DNA from: an uncultured Methanoregulaceae archaeon
GTDB lineage: Archaea > Halobacteriota > Methanomicrobia > Methanomicrobiales > Methanospirillaceae
Direction: 5' to 3'
Assembly: GCA_963721245.1 (NCBI GenBank)
Contig: CAVRIL010000004.1
Span: forward strand, 6,110-70,109
Length of the DNA stretch: 64,000 nucleotides
How positions within the stretch are numbered: position 1 is the first letter of the stretch; each line of letters begins with the position of its first letter. Position numbers and translations under genes: made by a program. The notes under the pieces were generated by a model that had not been told where the DNA came from, did no database searches, and saw nothing but the letters and a program-made list of their open reading frames with translations. This document shows positions 1 to 10,507 of this stretch, one piece after another.

Positions 1-1
1 C

Positions 2-227
2 ACTATAGCCCGGTTCTCCTGAGATCTGACAGCCAAAGAGCGCCAAAAGGTACATTTTAGGGCCCTTAAAACCAGATTCATGCTAATCTGGGCACAATTA
101 TTGGTTTTTCTGCAAACCATGTGCCGGAATTCCCTGAGAACGGCGACCTGATCGTGTCCCGGTCAGGTCCGGAGATGGAACTCTCCGTCGGAGAAGTGGG
201 ATCTCCGGATCGCAGGTCCGCTATAGT
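2..227. ncRNA. Candidate structured non-coding element (nested multi-hairpin)
   Basis: No ORF is listed here. Complementary pairs seen: actatagc(2-9)/gctatagt(220-227), gttctc(13-18)/gagaac(136-141), ccagatt(72-78)/aatctgg(85-91), ggcaca(91-96)/tgtgcc(120-125) with tggttt/aaacca inside, gacctga(145-151)/tcaggtc(163-169), tccggagat(168-176)/atctccgga(201-209). No family recognised. Confidence 0.3.
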
Positions 228-500
228 CTCATACTGACTTTTGGATCCCGCCGTCCGGGAAGACCCTCGGATGAGATGGGAAGAAACCCCTGTTTTTCGA
301 CGGTGAACCGTTTTTCACGTTTGGGAGCTAAAACCCGGATTTCTGCGATGACGTATCTGCATCCTGACCCAAACCCTTGCTGTCCCTGGTTTCAGCACCC
401 CGCATGTGGCCGACCATGCCTCGTGCAATCAGAATAGCATCGTACATCGCAACACTGAAATCCTCCCGGTAAAGACGTATACAAAACCCGGAGCAGACCC

Positions 501-2000
501 ATGAATTCCCTCATTATCGCTATCCTCGCCATCACCGCTTTCCTGTACTTCTTCGTTTCACCGGACGTCCTCAGGAACCGGCATCTCGCAATGAGAGCAG
601 CACTCGCGGTCTCCGCAGCAGCGATCACCTTCATCTTCATGTACTTCTGGCTGTACCCGATGACAGGATTCAACCTGCTCCTCTGGGTCGCGATCAACAG
701 CATGGTTGCACTCGCGGTGAACAGCGGGATTTCAGGGAGCGGGAGAGGGCAGTCCATGGCGATTTTCCTCGTGGTCGCGATCCTGGTATGCTGGATAGCA
801 GGGATCACCCTGCTGAGCGTGATCACTGCATCCCAGCTTGCAGCGGCCCCTGCCGTCACCACCGTCCACGGGCCGTCCGCCGTCATCAACAGCAGCCACA
901 TCCGTCTTGTCAGTTATGAGACGGCGCAATGGCGGTCGGACAAGGTGATAGGATCGCTCGGGTACAAATCCGAGATCGGGGACCCGGATATCCAGACGCT
1001 GAACGGCACCCTGGTCTGGATCACGCCCCTGGACTTTGCGGGACCGATCAAGGCATGGTCGTATTCCGGCGAAGGCACGGGCGGGTATGTCATCGTAAAT
1101 GCCGAGGACCCGAAAGCCGAGGCCCAGCTGATCACCCTCCCGCACATGATCTATACCCGGAACGCCCTGTTCGGAAACGACGTCAACCGGCGCGTCTGGG
1201 AGGAACACCCCGAGTGGATGCAGATGGAGACGACGTTCCAGCTCGATGATACGCACCAGCCACAATACATTACCCAGCTGGCAGAACCCCTGCTGTTCGG
1301 CTGCATTGGCGAGCGACCGGTGGGTATCGCAACGGTCGACCCGGTGAGCGGCGATGTCAGGTTCTATCCGATCGGCCAGGAACCCGGGTGGGTCCAGCGG
1401 GTCTGGAGCGAGGTCACGACGGAGGAATGGATCGGGTGGTGGGGGCGGTACCAGCTCGGCTGGCTCAACTCAGTCCTGGAGCAGCGCGATGTCAAAAAAC
1501 TGAGCGGCGACGACGTATTCCTGGTGAACGGGAACGATGGCAACCTGTACTGGTTCGGAACCATCTCAAACCCCGGGAAGGACTCTTCCATGGTCGGGTA
1601 TATGCTGACGAATGTCAAGACCGGGAAATTCACGTTCCATGAGACGCCGGGATATTACAACGATTACGGCGCACAGAACAATGTCCACCAGAACCCCGAG
1701 GTAGCAAAAGCTCCTGAACTCGAGGTGGTCCAGCCGATCATGTACGTCATTGACGGGCAGGAGATCTGGATCATCCCGGTCATCACGCCGAGCGGCGAGC
1801 AGACGCTGGTCGGGCTGGTCGAGGCACGGACCGGCACCACGTATATCGGGCCGACCCTTGCAAACGTGCTGGCACAGTGGCGGGGTGATACCGCCACACC
1901 CGAAGGCGCTGCCGGGATATCCCCCTCCGTGAAAGAAAAGATCGCTCAGATCAGGAAGCTCCTGGACGAGATCGAGGCAGAGACCGGGAACACTTCATAA
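501..2000 (+). CDS. Membrane-anchored hypothetical protein (about 4 N-terminal TM helices, large extracytoplasmic domain, C-terminal coiled coil)
   Basis: Intact 499-aa ORF with a hydrophobic first ~110 aa, a Trp/Gly/Pro-rich soluble domain and the heptad-like tail VKEKIAQIRKLLDEIE. Confidence 0.85.
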   Translation: MNSLIIAILAITAFLYFFVSPDVLRNRHLAMRAALAVSAAAITFIFMYFWLYPMTGFNLLLWVAINSMVALAVNSGISGSGRGQSMAIFLVVAILVCWIAGITLLSVITASQLAAAPAVTTVHGPSAVINSSHIRLVSYETAQWRSDKVIGSLGYKSEIGDPDIQTLNGTLVWITPLDFAGPIKAWSYSGEGTGGYVIVNAEDPKAEAQLITLPHMIYTRNALFGNDVNRRVWEEHPEWMQMETTFQLDDTHQPQYITQLAEPLLFGCIGERPVGIATVDPVSGDVRFYPIGQEPGWVQRVWSEVTTEEWIGWWGRYQLGWLNSVLEQRDVKKLSGDDVFLVNGNDGNLYWFGTISNPGKDSSMVGYMLTNVKTGKFTFHETPGYYNDYGAQNNVHQNPEVAKAPELEVVQPIMYVIDGQEIWIIPVITPSGEQTLVGLVEARTGTTYIGPTLANVLAQWRGDTATPEGAAGISPSVKEKIAQIRKLLDEIEAETGNTS

Positions 2001-2495
2001 GCAGGGAATAGTTGACAGATATTCACTGAATGTATCTGATCAAATTCCGGCCATCAAAATTTGAAGGGCCGTTGTCATTCTCCAGTAATTTTTTTGCCTA
2101 AGCCGGAAACTCCCGGTCCTCAGTTTCCCGGGATCCCACCTCACATCCCCCTCATAGGCGTCAGGTTCCCTGAACTCATATGGCCAGTTCTCTCTGAACC
2201 GGGATAGAGAAGCGAAAGTAAATCTTAATACGCCGCGCCAGAAACGTGCTCGTTTTCCTATCATACCCGTATTTCATTCCCTTGTCACGGAGATGTTAAT
2301 ATCAGTCGTCCCCGGAGCAATCATCGGTTTTTTCTTCGGCATTGCTGACGGGCTTGTATCCGTGGTCGGGTCTGCCTCTCACCGGAAACCGGTGGAAACC
2401 CTGAGAAGGTCGGTCGGGGCCAATCGTCTTTTCTGAACTTCGGTTCATTTGCCCTCACCATGGTTTCCACCATCATTCAGGAAAATAATCAGCTA

Positions 2496-2672
2496 TCAGA
2501 CTGGACCGAAACGTTCGAATCTGCATTCACCGGATGAATATGTTTCACCGGGTTTGAGACTGAGAAGGAGGTTGTAGGCATGGTCCTCGCAGACGTAAGC
2601 ACAGCGGCACCCGAATGACTGGACCCCGATCGCATCCTTCCCACACTGGGCACATGTTGGTTTTTCTGCCAT
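2496..2672 (-). CDS. Small Cys/His-rich zinc-finger-like protein (58 aa, below the ORF-track cutoff)
   Basis: Manual translation MAEKPTCAQCGKDAIGVQSFGCRCAYVCEDHAYNLLLSLKPGETYSSGECRFERFGPV*, preceded by purine-rich aagaagggaac. Confidence 0.7.
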   Translation of the reverse strand: MAEKPTCAQCGKDAIGVQSFGCRCAYVCEDHAYNLLLSLKPGETYSSGECRFERFGPV

Positions 2673-2944
2673 GGTTGTTCCCTTCTTTCTTTTGGTCTTT
2701 TCCCGGATACATTTTTTTGCATCGGTGAGATTGTCCGGGAATTCCGGATGCAGTGCCGATGCTGACTCCGGGGGACTCAGGGGTATCGATCATGAGAGGC
2801 TTGTTCTTCGGTGCAAAGAGCGGGCGGACTGCAGTTGTATGGCGTCCTTTAAAAAATTAAGTTTCGATGCGCTTAAGCGTATTCGAAGTAAACGGCATGT
2901 AACCAGGAATTCCTGCGGTTTCCTGAGATTCCTCCGGAGAATAC

Positions 2945-4882
2945 ATGAAAGAACTCTCCGGCCGGCCTTATCGGCATACTGGCTCTCCTTCTGTTCCTAC
3001 CGGTTCCGGTCTTTGCCGGGGAAGTATCTGAACCCCAGGACAATGGTCCGGATCCGTTGATCAGCGCCCTTTCTGCCGCCCCGGCACTTACTACTGCACC
3101 GCCGTCGCTGGTGAGGAATCCACAACTGGTCGTGAGAACTATAGTCACCCCGCAGGCTACCGGTGTCCTGATCCTTGAAAGCGTCCCATCCGGGGCTTCG
3201 GTGTATGTTGATGATACCCTGCGGGGCACCACGCCCCTTACGCTCCGGGCAATCACAACAGGTGTCCACCCGATCTCCTTTACCCTTACGGGATATCAGA
3301 ATTATACCACGAAAGCAACCGTCACGGCTGGTGCGGTGGCCACATCGTCCGCCACGCTGGCACCCGTCATCACCGCAACAAGTACACCTTCGGTTTCCAC
3401 TCCCGCAGCAGGTGTGATCCCGGTCCCGGTCACGACCACCCGGGAAACGGTCCCGACAGCCCCTCCCGTTACGACCGTCTTTCCCGTGGTCACCCGGGTG
3501 ACGCAGCAGAGCACATCAGCACCTGCCGGCCCGTGCACAAGGCATTATTTCGGATCCGGGGAAATGGGTACTTCGCCTGATGGCAGACTCAACTGTACCG
3601 TCATCATCAGCACCGATGACCGTATTGGCACTCTCTCGGCCCAGGAAGGCACGCGGGCGACAGATGCAGGAAAAAACCCTGTACCGGAGATCCATATTGT
3701 TCCTGTAACCGCTTCCGAAATCACTCCTGCTGCCGGACCACACGACAGTACATGGACAGGGCATGCTTACCATTTCCTGCCGGACCATGCCTCCTTCGAT
3801 CCCCCGGTTCTCGTTTCGTTCACCCTCAGCCAGGACGAATGGGAACGGTCGGATCCCGCAAACCTGACCATCCAGGAAACAAACGAAACCGGACCGGGCT
3901 GGGAACGCCTTCCCACCCGGATTGATCCACTGACCAGGACAATCAGCGCCCCTGCACGCCATTTCAGTATCATCGGACTGTTTTCAACCGGTTCTGCAGG
4001 AAATCCCCCGGAAAACCAGCCATCACCCGCGGAGGTGACGTGTACCGTCGACCGGATCTGCCCGGGATGCACTGCCATTATCCCCGCTCATTCCGGATAA
4101 GGTTGCCCCGCTGGCAGCAGTAGCCGCGGGAATCATGATCAGTATACTCGGTTCCGTGGCGAGCGCGAGCTCATCAGTATCCCGGGCATGGGACAGGCTT
4201 ATCGAACTGTTCAAAAAATTCCTGGGTTCGGAAACCATCGGGCTGATCAATGCAACCGAGATTGAAAAACGCGGTATACGCCCGGCAGAAAACCTTCCAG
4301 CACTCATGTCTCGGTCTGTCTTCCCGCGAGATCCTGGTGATAACATTGAGCGGCTTTGGGTTTGCAGCCGCGTTCCTTCTCCAGGACCAGTTCGAACTGA
4401 AACTGACCACGGTTATCATCTTTGTCTGTGCCGGTGGTATCGCGACGATTCTCCATGATCTTGCCCATAAATATGCAGCATATCGCTGCGGCTGTATCAC
4501 CGAATATCAGTTCTGGAGCCTGGGAGCGGTCACGATGATATCCACGGCCTGGCTTTTTGGGAATGCGTTTGCAAAACCATCCCGTACCCTGATACGGAAC
4601 GAGAAATCCCTTTTGCCCGAAGAAACGGCTCTTATCAGGCTGGCCGGGCCGCTGATGAGTATGGGGCTGGCAATTGTTTCTTTGTTCCTGATACCCCTGG
4701 GAGGATTATTCGTTGTCGCCGGTTCAGCCGGATTTTCCATGAACCTGCTGAACAGTGTATTCTCCCTTGTACCGGTCAAACCCAATGACGGCGTGGAGGT
4801 CTATGCATGGAATAAACTTGTCTGGGCCGGTGTGTTTATTCCCCTCATCGCTTTTTACCTGTATATCTACCTGGCAATCTGA
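2945..4882 (+). CDS. Secreted PEGA-domain protein with C-terminal M50 (site-2 protease)-like membrane domain (frameshifted)
   Basis: Joined from a signal-peptide segment at 2945 and ORFs 3057-4100, 4135-4458 and 4250-4882. PEGA motif SVPSGASVYVDD..RGTTP, Thr/Pro linker, M50-like HDLAHK, LAGP and SLVPVKPNDG. Confidence 0.7.
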
Positions 4883-5036
4883 TATCTGCGGAACAATCGG
4901 ACAGGAACATGTACCTATCCGGAATCTCCTATTTTCTGAGGTAACAAATAATCCAAATCCGGGACCGCAGAGAGCCAGGTTACACCATGAAAGATAAGCT
5001 CTTCCGGGACAAGTGAATGATTGTGAACGTGTGCCG

Positions 5037-5594
5037 TCAGTGTGTCTCCTGCCGCCCCCGAGTCTCCCTGCTCATCGCTACCAGCCTTTTCATGGTATTG
5101 AAGTTCCGCAGGGTTGCTGAGACCCCGAGCTTCTTTTCCAGAAAATTGCCGGTGAGTGTCCCCCTGCCATACGCGCCGGGAATGTACATATACGCAGTGT
5201 TTTCACCGAATGCAGGTTTTTCCGGAGAGAAATTCAGGGACTGGAGCTCCCTGACCTTCTCTGCCGGGGGCGTTTTTGCTAAAGAGACAAAAAACCCCGG
5301 GAGATATCATATCCTTCCGTAAACGGGTTCGCTATGAGTGCTTCTTCCAGCTGTTGCCCCGGTTCTCGCCAGCACGACAAGATCGGGACCGATCCGGCTC
5401 CTGATACGATCGCGGACGCTCTGTTCAACGGTGTTTGACGGAAGTTCCGTATCAACGAGTACGTTGCCGCTCTGTATGTACGTGCGTACATGTGCGAAGC
5501 CGGCTTTTTCGAGCACCTCACGAAACCGGGCCATGGGTAGTTTATTTCTGCCTGAAGGTGTAACGCCGCGTACCAGGAGGATATAGGTTGCCAT
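5037..5594 (-). CDS. DUF1697 family protein (frameshifted)
   Basis: YILLVRGV..GRNKLPM..VRTYIQSGNV at the N-terminus; the C-terminal EKKLGVSATLRNFNT lies in a shifted frame. Confidence 0.8.
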
Positions 5595-5813
5595 TATCTC
5601 GTCTGGATATATCATTCACAGATGGTATATAGACAATTCCATTATCCGGTTTTTTTATTTTCAATGTACCTTGAGAGAATCAAAGGCCAGAAAAATCCGG
5701 ATTAATCTTTCGTAAAAACTGGGACAGGATTCCATTGAGATTGCCCCGTTTTCTCCTCCAGTTATCATGTCTTTTCCGTAACCTTCATTACTTCCCGCTC
5801 CTCATGGGAGAAT

Positions 5814-6023
5814 ATGCAGGATATTCTGAGCAGTAAGAGAATGGAAAACGGCATTGTAGTTTTCTGGGAGGAAAAGGGTGAGAAGAAAAGCGAGTCATTC
5901 AATTATTCAGAACTCGTCGATATGAAGATCAATGCGCTCGACCTTCTCGATCGCCCAAAGTCCTATAAGGTCGACAAAGCGGCCCATAGTATCGTCTCCC
6001 AGAAAATACCGAAAAAACCCTGA
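5814..6023 (+). CDS. Small hypothetical protein
   Basis: 69-aa ORF with protein-like composition and gggag RBS upstream. Confidence 0.65.
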   Translation: MQDILSSKRMENGIVVFWEEKGEKKSESFNYSELVDMKINALDLLDRPKSYKVDKAAHSIVSQKIPKKP

Positions 6024-6258
6024 AATTATGTACGCGGGAACCCGGGTAAATGCGGAATTTCTGTAAGAGTTGACACTATTTTTCAAAGTCAAAAATTTCT
6101 TTCGCCCGTTTGCCAAAAGGAGCATTTTATAGGATTATTTGAGGTCGGTCGAGCCATCATCCTATCGTCATCCGGAAGAAAAGGGAATATAGGGTAAGTA
6201 ATCCCAATTTACTATGACTACTCAATAAGGAAAGTCCAGTTCGGTAAGGAGTATTGGC

Positions 6259-7017
6259 TTGGATCTCACATTATTTTTCCAGGAGCAGGGAATTGATGTC
6301 TTCTCCGAAGTCGGCCTCGATAACCTGTCGGATGAGGACAGATCTTCCGTACTGCACTTTTTCCCGGGCGCCCGGTCCGTGATCGTTTTCGGGAAGGAAG
6401 TTCCGGTCCCGGTTTACAAGATGCTTCCTAAAGACAAGACCCGGGGAATGCTCCGGATTGCAGAGGCATTGGACAACACTGCCGTCGAGCTCGCCAGTCG
6501 CCTGAAAAAGGAGCAGATTCCGGCCATACCCGTTCCTCTGTACCTTCCCGTACGAATTGCTGACGGGAAAGTGCAGGGAGTTGTCCGGCTGAAGCAGGTT
6601 GCTGCGGCCGGGGGGCTCGGGTCGCTGGGCAGGAATACTGTCCTTCACTCTCCCCGGTTCGGGCCGCGGCTGCTGCTGAGCGGTGTCGTGACCGGACGCC
6701 CTGGTCCGGAATCCCGGCACACTGAACGTTCTTCTGAAAGAACAGGAGCCCCGGCCTGTACAGGATGCGGACTCTGCCTCAGCGTATGCCCCGGGGGAGC
6801 GTTTGGGCCGGAAGGTGTCGATGCGTTCCGGTGCCGGACCGTCAGTGCCTGGGTCCCGCCTATCCTGGTCCCGGCGGTGAAGTGGATGCTGGGCCGTACG
6901 CTGTTTCTGAAATGCCTGGCACCTCTTGCTCCTCTGATTGCCCGGACGGCAACGATCCGCTGCAGCCTTTGTGTAACGGCGTGTCCGAATTATGCCGGAA
7001 ACGGATGCCAGTCATGA
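6259..7017 (+). CDS. Epoxyqueuosine-reductase (QueG)-like 4Fe-4S protein
   Basis: PGARSVIV, AAAGGLGSLGRN..PRFGPR, CxxCxxCxxxCP and CxxCxxxCP motifs; TTG start with aaggag RBS. Confidence 0.8.
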   Translation: MDLTLFFQEQGIDVFSEVGLDNLSDEDRSSVLHFFPGARSVIVFGKEVPVPVYKMLPKDKTRGMLRIAEALDNTAVELASRLKKEQIPAIPVPLYLPVRIADGKVQGVVRLKQVAAAGGLGSLGRNTVLHSPRFGPRLLLSGVVTGRPGPESRHTERSSERTGAPACTGCGLCLSVCPGGAFGPEGVDAFRCRTVSAWVPPILVPAVKWMLGRTLFLKCLAPLAPLIARTATIRCSLCVTACPNYAGNGCQS

Positions 7018-7439
7018 TCACCATCTATTTTGACGGATTGTGCAGGCCCAGGAATCCCGGAGGTGTGGCAACCTACGGGTACGTCGTGTACAAAGACGGG
7101 AAAAAAGTGAAAAGCGGGAGCGGTGTAATCGGTTCCGGGACCGGGATGACAAACAATGTTGCAGAATATTCTGCTCTGAAACATGCGGTGGAATGGGCAG
7201 GCCAGTATTGTCCTGATGACGAACTGCTCATCAAAGGTGACTCCCAGCTGGTCATACACCAGATGAATGGTACCTGGCAGATACATTCAGAGACATCAAA
7301 GAAGTTTGTTCCGGCGATCCGCAGGCTGCTGGAAGGCAGGAAAACAAGGTTTGTCTGGATACCAAGGGAACAGAATGCGGAGGCAGACCTGCTTTCGAAC
7401 CTTGCGTATGATCAAAGCGGCAAACAAGGAAATGCCTGA
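7014..7439 (+). CDS. rnhA: Ribonuclease HI
   Basis: IYFDGLC..NPG, TNNVAEY, GDSQLV and WIPREQNAEAD catalytic motifs; ATG overlaps the upstream stop (ATGA). Confidence 0.92.
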   Translation: MITIYFDGLCRPRNPGGVATYGYVVYKDGKKVKSGSGVIGSGTGMTNNVAEYSALKHAVEWAGQYCPDDELLIKGDSQLVIHQMNGTWQIHSETSKKFVPAIRRLLEGRKTRFVWIPREQNAEADLLSNLAYDQSGKQGNA

Positions 7440-7735
7440 GAATTGTGGGAAGGGGAAATCAGACTGCCCTTCTGATCCGGACTGAAAGAAAATTGCAAAA
7501 GCATTCTGCTCCCGAATCCATACGGGCTCCAGACCCCGCAGAAACAGAGAGGATCCAGGATATGCTGAGACACCACTGCACCCCTGAACGGACTATCGAT
7601 GAAATCCGCCACGGAAGCCGGAGCTGATGCCGCATTTGATACGGATACGATATCTGCTGCTGTCGTTGGTTATGATATTCCCGGGCCGGGATCGTGGAAA
7701 AAAGATACATCAGAGCTGAGGTCAATCGCAGATCT

Positions 7736-8317
7736 TCAGACGACAGGCCGGTACATCAGGAAGACCTTTCCGCTCCCGAATGCCCGTGACTCGATGAGCT
7801 TCAGGTTCATCATCTTCACATTCTGGAACAGGTACTTGCCGGTCCCCAGAATAATCGGGTTTACGAGAAGCCCGTACTCGTCAATGAGGCCGAAGTTCGC
7901 CAGCTGCCGGACAATGGTGCCGCTGCCCAGGATCGTCATACCCCCGCCCGCCTCTTTTTTCAGGTTCATAACTGATTCCGGTGTGAGGTCGCGGATGACC
8001 CGGACATTCTTCCAGACAGGGCCGTCCTTTACCGGCTCCATGGTTCTGGAAAAAACAATCTTGGGATTGGTGTTCATGACACCGGCCATCACCGGGTCGG
8101 TCCTGATTGCAAACGGTGTTGGCCAGAAACTTTTCATCAGCTCGTATGTCGTGCGGCCAAAGACAAGCGTGGACGACGGGTCTGCATGCTCGGCTGCGAA
8201 CCGGTTGTCCTCATCATCATTCGTCTTGAACCAGTCGATCTCTCCGTTCGGCCCGGCAAAATATCCGTCCAGCGACAGGATGGTGAAAGCATTGAGTTGT
8301 CTCATACGGTTTGACAT
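7736..8317 (-). CDS. Dihydrofolate reductase / RibD C-terminal family protein
   Basis: SLDGYFAGP, FGRTTY, GSGTIV and LIDEY..PIILGTG motifs. Confidence 0.9.
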   Translation of the reverse strand: MSNRMRQLNAFTILSLDGYFAGPNGEIDWFKTNDDEDNRFAAEHADPSSTLVFGRTTYELMKSFWPTPFAIRTDPVMAGVMNTNPKIVFSRTMEPVKDGPVWKNVRVIRDLTPESVMNLKKEAGGGMTILGSGTIVRQLANFGLIDEYGLLVNPIILGTGKYLFQNVKMMNLKLIESRAFGSGKVFLMYRPVV

Positions 8318-8476
8318 AAGCGCATTGATTGAAATATTTTGGCCCGTTTTCTCGTTTTTGAAAGATGATAGAAGGGTAAGAGTACTGAATAATTCTGGAA
8401 TACCTTTCTGATAAAGAAATTCAAAGGTGATCGGTTAGCACTTTATCGGTGGGTCAGGTAAAATATTTCCGATGCA

Positions 8477-9268
8477 CTAGCTCCGCTCAAGATTTTCCCC
8501 ATCCTGATTTGAGATATCCGGGACAGATGACGTACCTATGAAAAAGCTGTATCCGTATTCCTTTGAATACTTCCGATGCATTTCCATCTCCTTTTCCAAT
8601 CCCTGGATAATTGACTGTGCATCGGGATTATTCGCATATTTCCCTTTCAGCATTTTCATCCGATCAGTTAACGGAGAATAATATTGATCCCACCAGCCAG
8701 CATCCGAAAGCCGGAATGAACCGACGACCGAATATCCTGCTGATCGAATTATTTCTTCCGTACCTGATTCAGAAGGCATGTCCGGGCAGGATTCATTCAG
8801 GAAGATCCTGCATTCTTCTGATGGGGAATCAGTAAACCAGGTACAGTCAGAAAATACCAGGTATCCCTCAGGTTTCAGAAATTTCTTCCAGGAGTGGAGG
8901 GCAGGCAACAGTCCGATAATAAACACTGACCCTTCTGCCCAGATGATGTCAAATGAGGCTTCATCAAAGGGCAGGGTATCCATTGATGCCCGGCGGGTTA
9001 CAATTCTCCCGTCAAGCCCGGCTTTTTTTGCCCGATTGGTGAGTTCATCGAGAAATGGCTGATGGATATCAGTTGCAGTAATCAGGCAATCCGGACACAT
9101 CCTGGCCAGGGTGAGGGTCTGCATACCGGATCCACACCCGATATCCAGAATCTTTCCCCTCCTGCGATCGGGAGGGATGAATGAACATGCATGGGCCGTT
9201 GATTCATCAGATCCCGGGTCCTGCCGGGGCAGGTCTTCAAATATTGAGCAGATAAGTGCTACATCCAT
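8477..9268 (-). CDS. Class I SAM-dependent methyltransferase
   Basis: LPRQDPGS, ILDIGCGSG, FDIIWAEG, LKPEGY. Confidence 0.9.
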   Translation of the reverse strand: MDVALICSIFEDLPRQDPGSDESTAHACSFIPPDRRRGKILDIGCGSGMQTLTLARMCPDCLITATDIHQPFLDELTNRAKKAGLDGRIVTRRASMDTLPFDEASFDIIWAEGSVFIIGLLPALHSWKKFLKPEGYLVFSDCTWFTDSPSEECRIFLNESCPDMPSESGTEEIIRSAGYSVVGSFRLSDAGWWDQYYSPLTDRMKMLKGKYANNPDAQSIIQGLEKEMEMHRKYSKEYGYSFFIGTSSVPDISNQDGENLERS

Positions 9269-9530
9269 GATGAAAAGAGTGAGAATGCCAGGACAATATC
9301 CTTTCCGGTTATTCCGTGTCAGAAAGATGGATATCTGAAAATTCGGACTACAAGGTCCCACTCCTTCTCCACAGGATCCTTCGGACCCTTCGCCAGCACA
9401 AACCTTTTTTTCTCACCGGGTGATCACTTCTACTAGTGCGACCCGTTATCATGGGATCCGGGTCCGAAAGACAGTCCGATGCAGATCAGACTCTTCAAGA
9501 TTAATCAAAAAACAGGAGTTCCTGAGAACG

Positions 9531-10004
9531 ATGATGGAGAAACGGATCATTGACGTTGCAACCGAAGATCGCTTTGCAGTCCTTGAAAAGAAGATGAGCG
9601 ATATGGAGGCGCATGTAAAGGGTCTTACGCAGGAACTTGTCGACCTCAAGTCCTTTGCAAAGAAGGTGTCCCGGCAGCTCGAGGACCGCACCAGGCAGGA
9701 CATCAGGGCCGTCCAGGGACAACGAGCGCAGACCTCCGTAGTCGAAGGCACCGTGTTCCCTTCGAGCCCGGGCACGGTCATGATGCGAAAAGAGGCCAGA
9801 AAGACGGATACACCTGCCGAACCGGTCATGGATAATATCCTGCAACCCGACGGGACGATAGAAAGGGAGCCCCGGCGTGGAGACAAGAAGCCTATCGTTG
9901 CATCGCCAGGATTTGAGCGGAGCAGGAAGGGGGGCCCGGTCAAGGCAAAGCAGAGCGACCTCATCATTGCCATAGAAAAGAAAGAGGATCCTGCAAAAAA
10001 GTAG
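9531..10004 (+). CDS. Coiled-coil hypothetical protein
   Basis: Heptad N-terminus LEKKMSDMEAHVKGLTQELVDLK, low-complexity middle, C-terminal SDLIIA motif. Confidence 0.7.
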   Translation: MMEKRIIDVATEDRFAVLEKKMSDMEAHVKGLTQELVDLKSFAKKVSRQLEDRTRQDIRAVQGQRAQTSVVEGTVFPSSPGTVMMRKEARKTDTPAEPVMDNILQPDGTIEREPRRGDKKPIVASPGFERSRKGGPVKAKQSDLIIAIEKKEDPAKK

Positions 10005-10173
10005 GGAGCCCAATTTTGAATATTGAATTTAATCCTGATGAAGCCCGCTTCAGTACCCGGGGAGAATACGATCGCGAAGCATCATCCCGATGAACCAGAG
10101 TCCTGTTTTTTCTGCATGACAGGCAGCGCAAGAATGGCTGATTGAAATACGCCGTTCATGGTGTAAGGAGGAT

Positions 10174-10479
10174 ATGGATATGATAACCGTATATACGTTA
10201 GAAAACTGCCCGCATTGCGAGGAGATCAAGGCCAAACTCGCCGCATCCGGGTATGAATATGAGGAGGTGGATATGAGTCTTCCCGAGAACATCACGGAGT
10301 TACGGATAAACGGATGTTTTGCAATGGAGGCTCCGGTCGTATGTGTTGACGGTCAGTATTATGAATACTGTCATTGCCAGGCCCCGGGATTCTTCTCAGA
10401 AACGTTTGGGGTACGACAGGACAAAAAAGAGACGCCGGATATTGGCGGCAGCCATTACCGGCTGGGTGAAAAGCCATGA
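10174..10479 (+). CDS. Glutaredoxin / NrdH-like redoxin
   Basis: VYTLENCPHC and APVV..DG motifs; aaggagg RBS. Confidence 0.85.
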   Translation: MDMITVYTLENCPHCEEIKAKLAASGYEYEEVDMSLPENITELRINGCFAMEAPVVCVDGQYYEYCHCQAPGFFSETFGVRQDKKETPDIGGSHYRLGEKP

Positions 10480-10507
10480 GTCCTGCAGAATACCCGGAAT
10501 GAGCAGG

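Noticed and set aside
160-190. cggtcaggtccgga resembles SRP RNA helix 8, and ggagatggaactctcc resembles the fluoride riboswitch P1
   Set aside because: The required downstream motifs (ggaagcagc for SRP; aaccgc..gctgatga for crcB) are absent
2040-2475. Short minus-strand ORFs (also 39455-39685 and 57125-57313 on +)
   Set aside because: No motifs or clear start signals; they cannot be supported without a homology search
6228-6240. aggaaagtcc resembles RNase P RNA CR-I
   Set aside because: It runs directly into a CDS and no other RNase P conserved regions are seen
6765-7013. Long N-terminal extension of RNase HI in the ORF track
   Set aside because: It overlaps the Fe-S gene; the real start is the coupled ATG at 7014
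10174-10479. Glutaredoxin as the dedicated NrdJ reductant
   Set aside because: It lies 9 kb away with unrelated genes between, so the sequence gives no evidence of linkage
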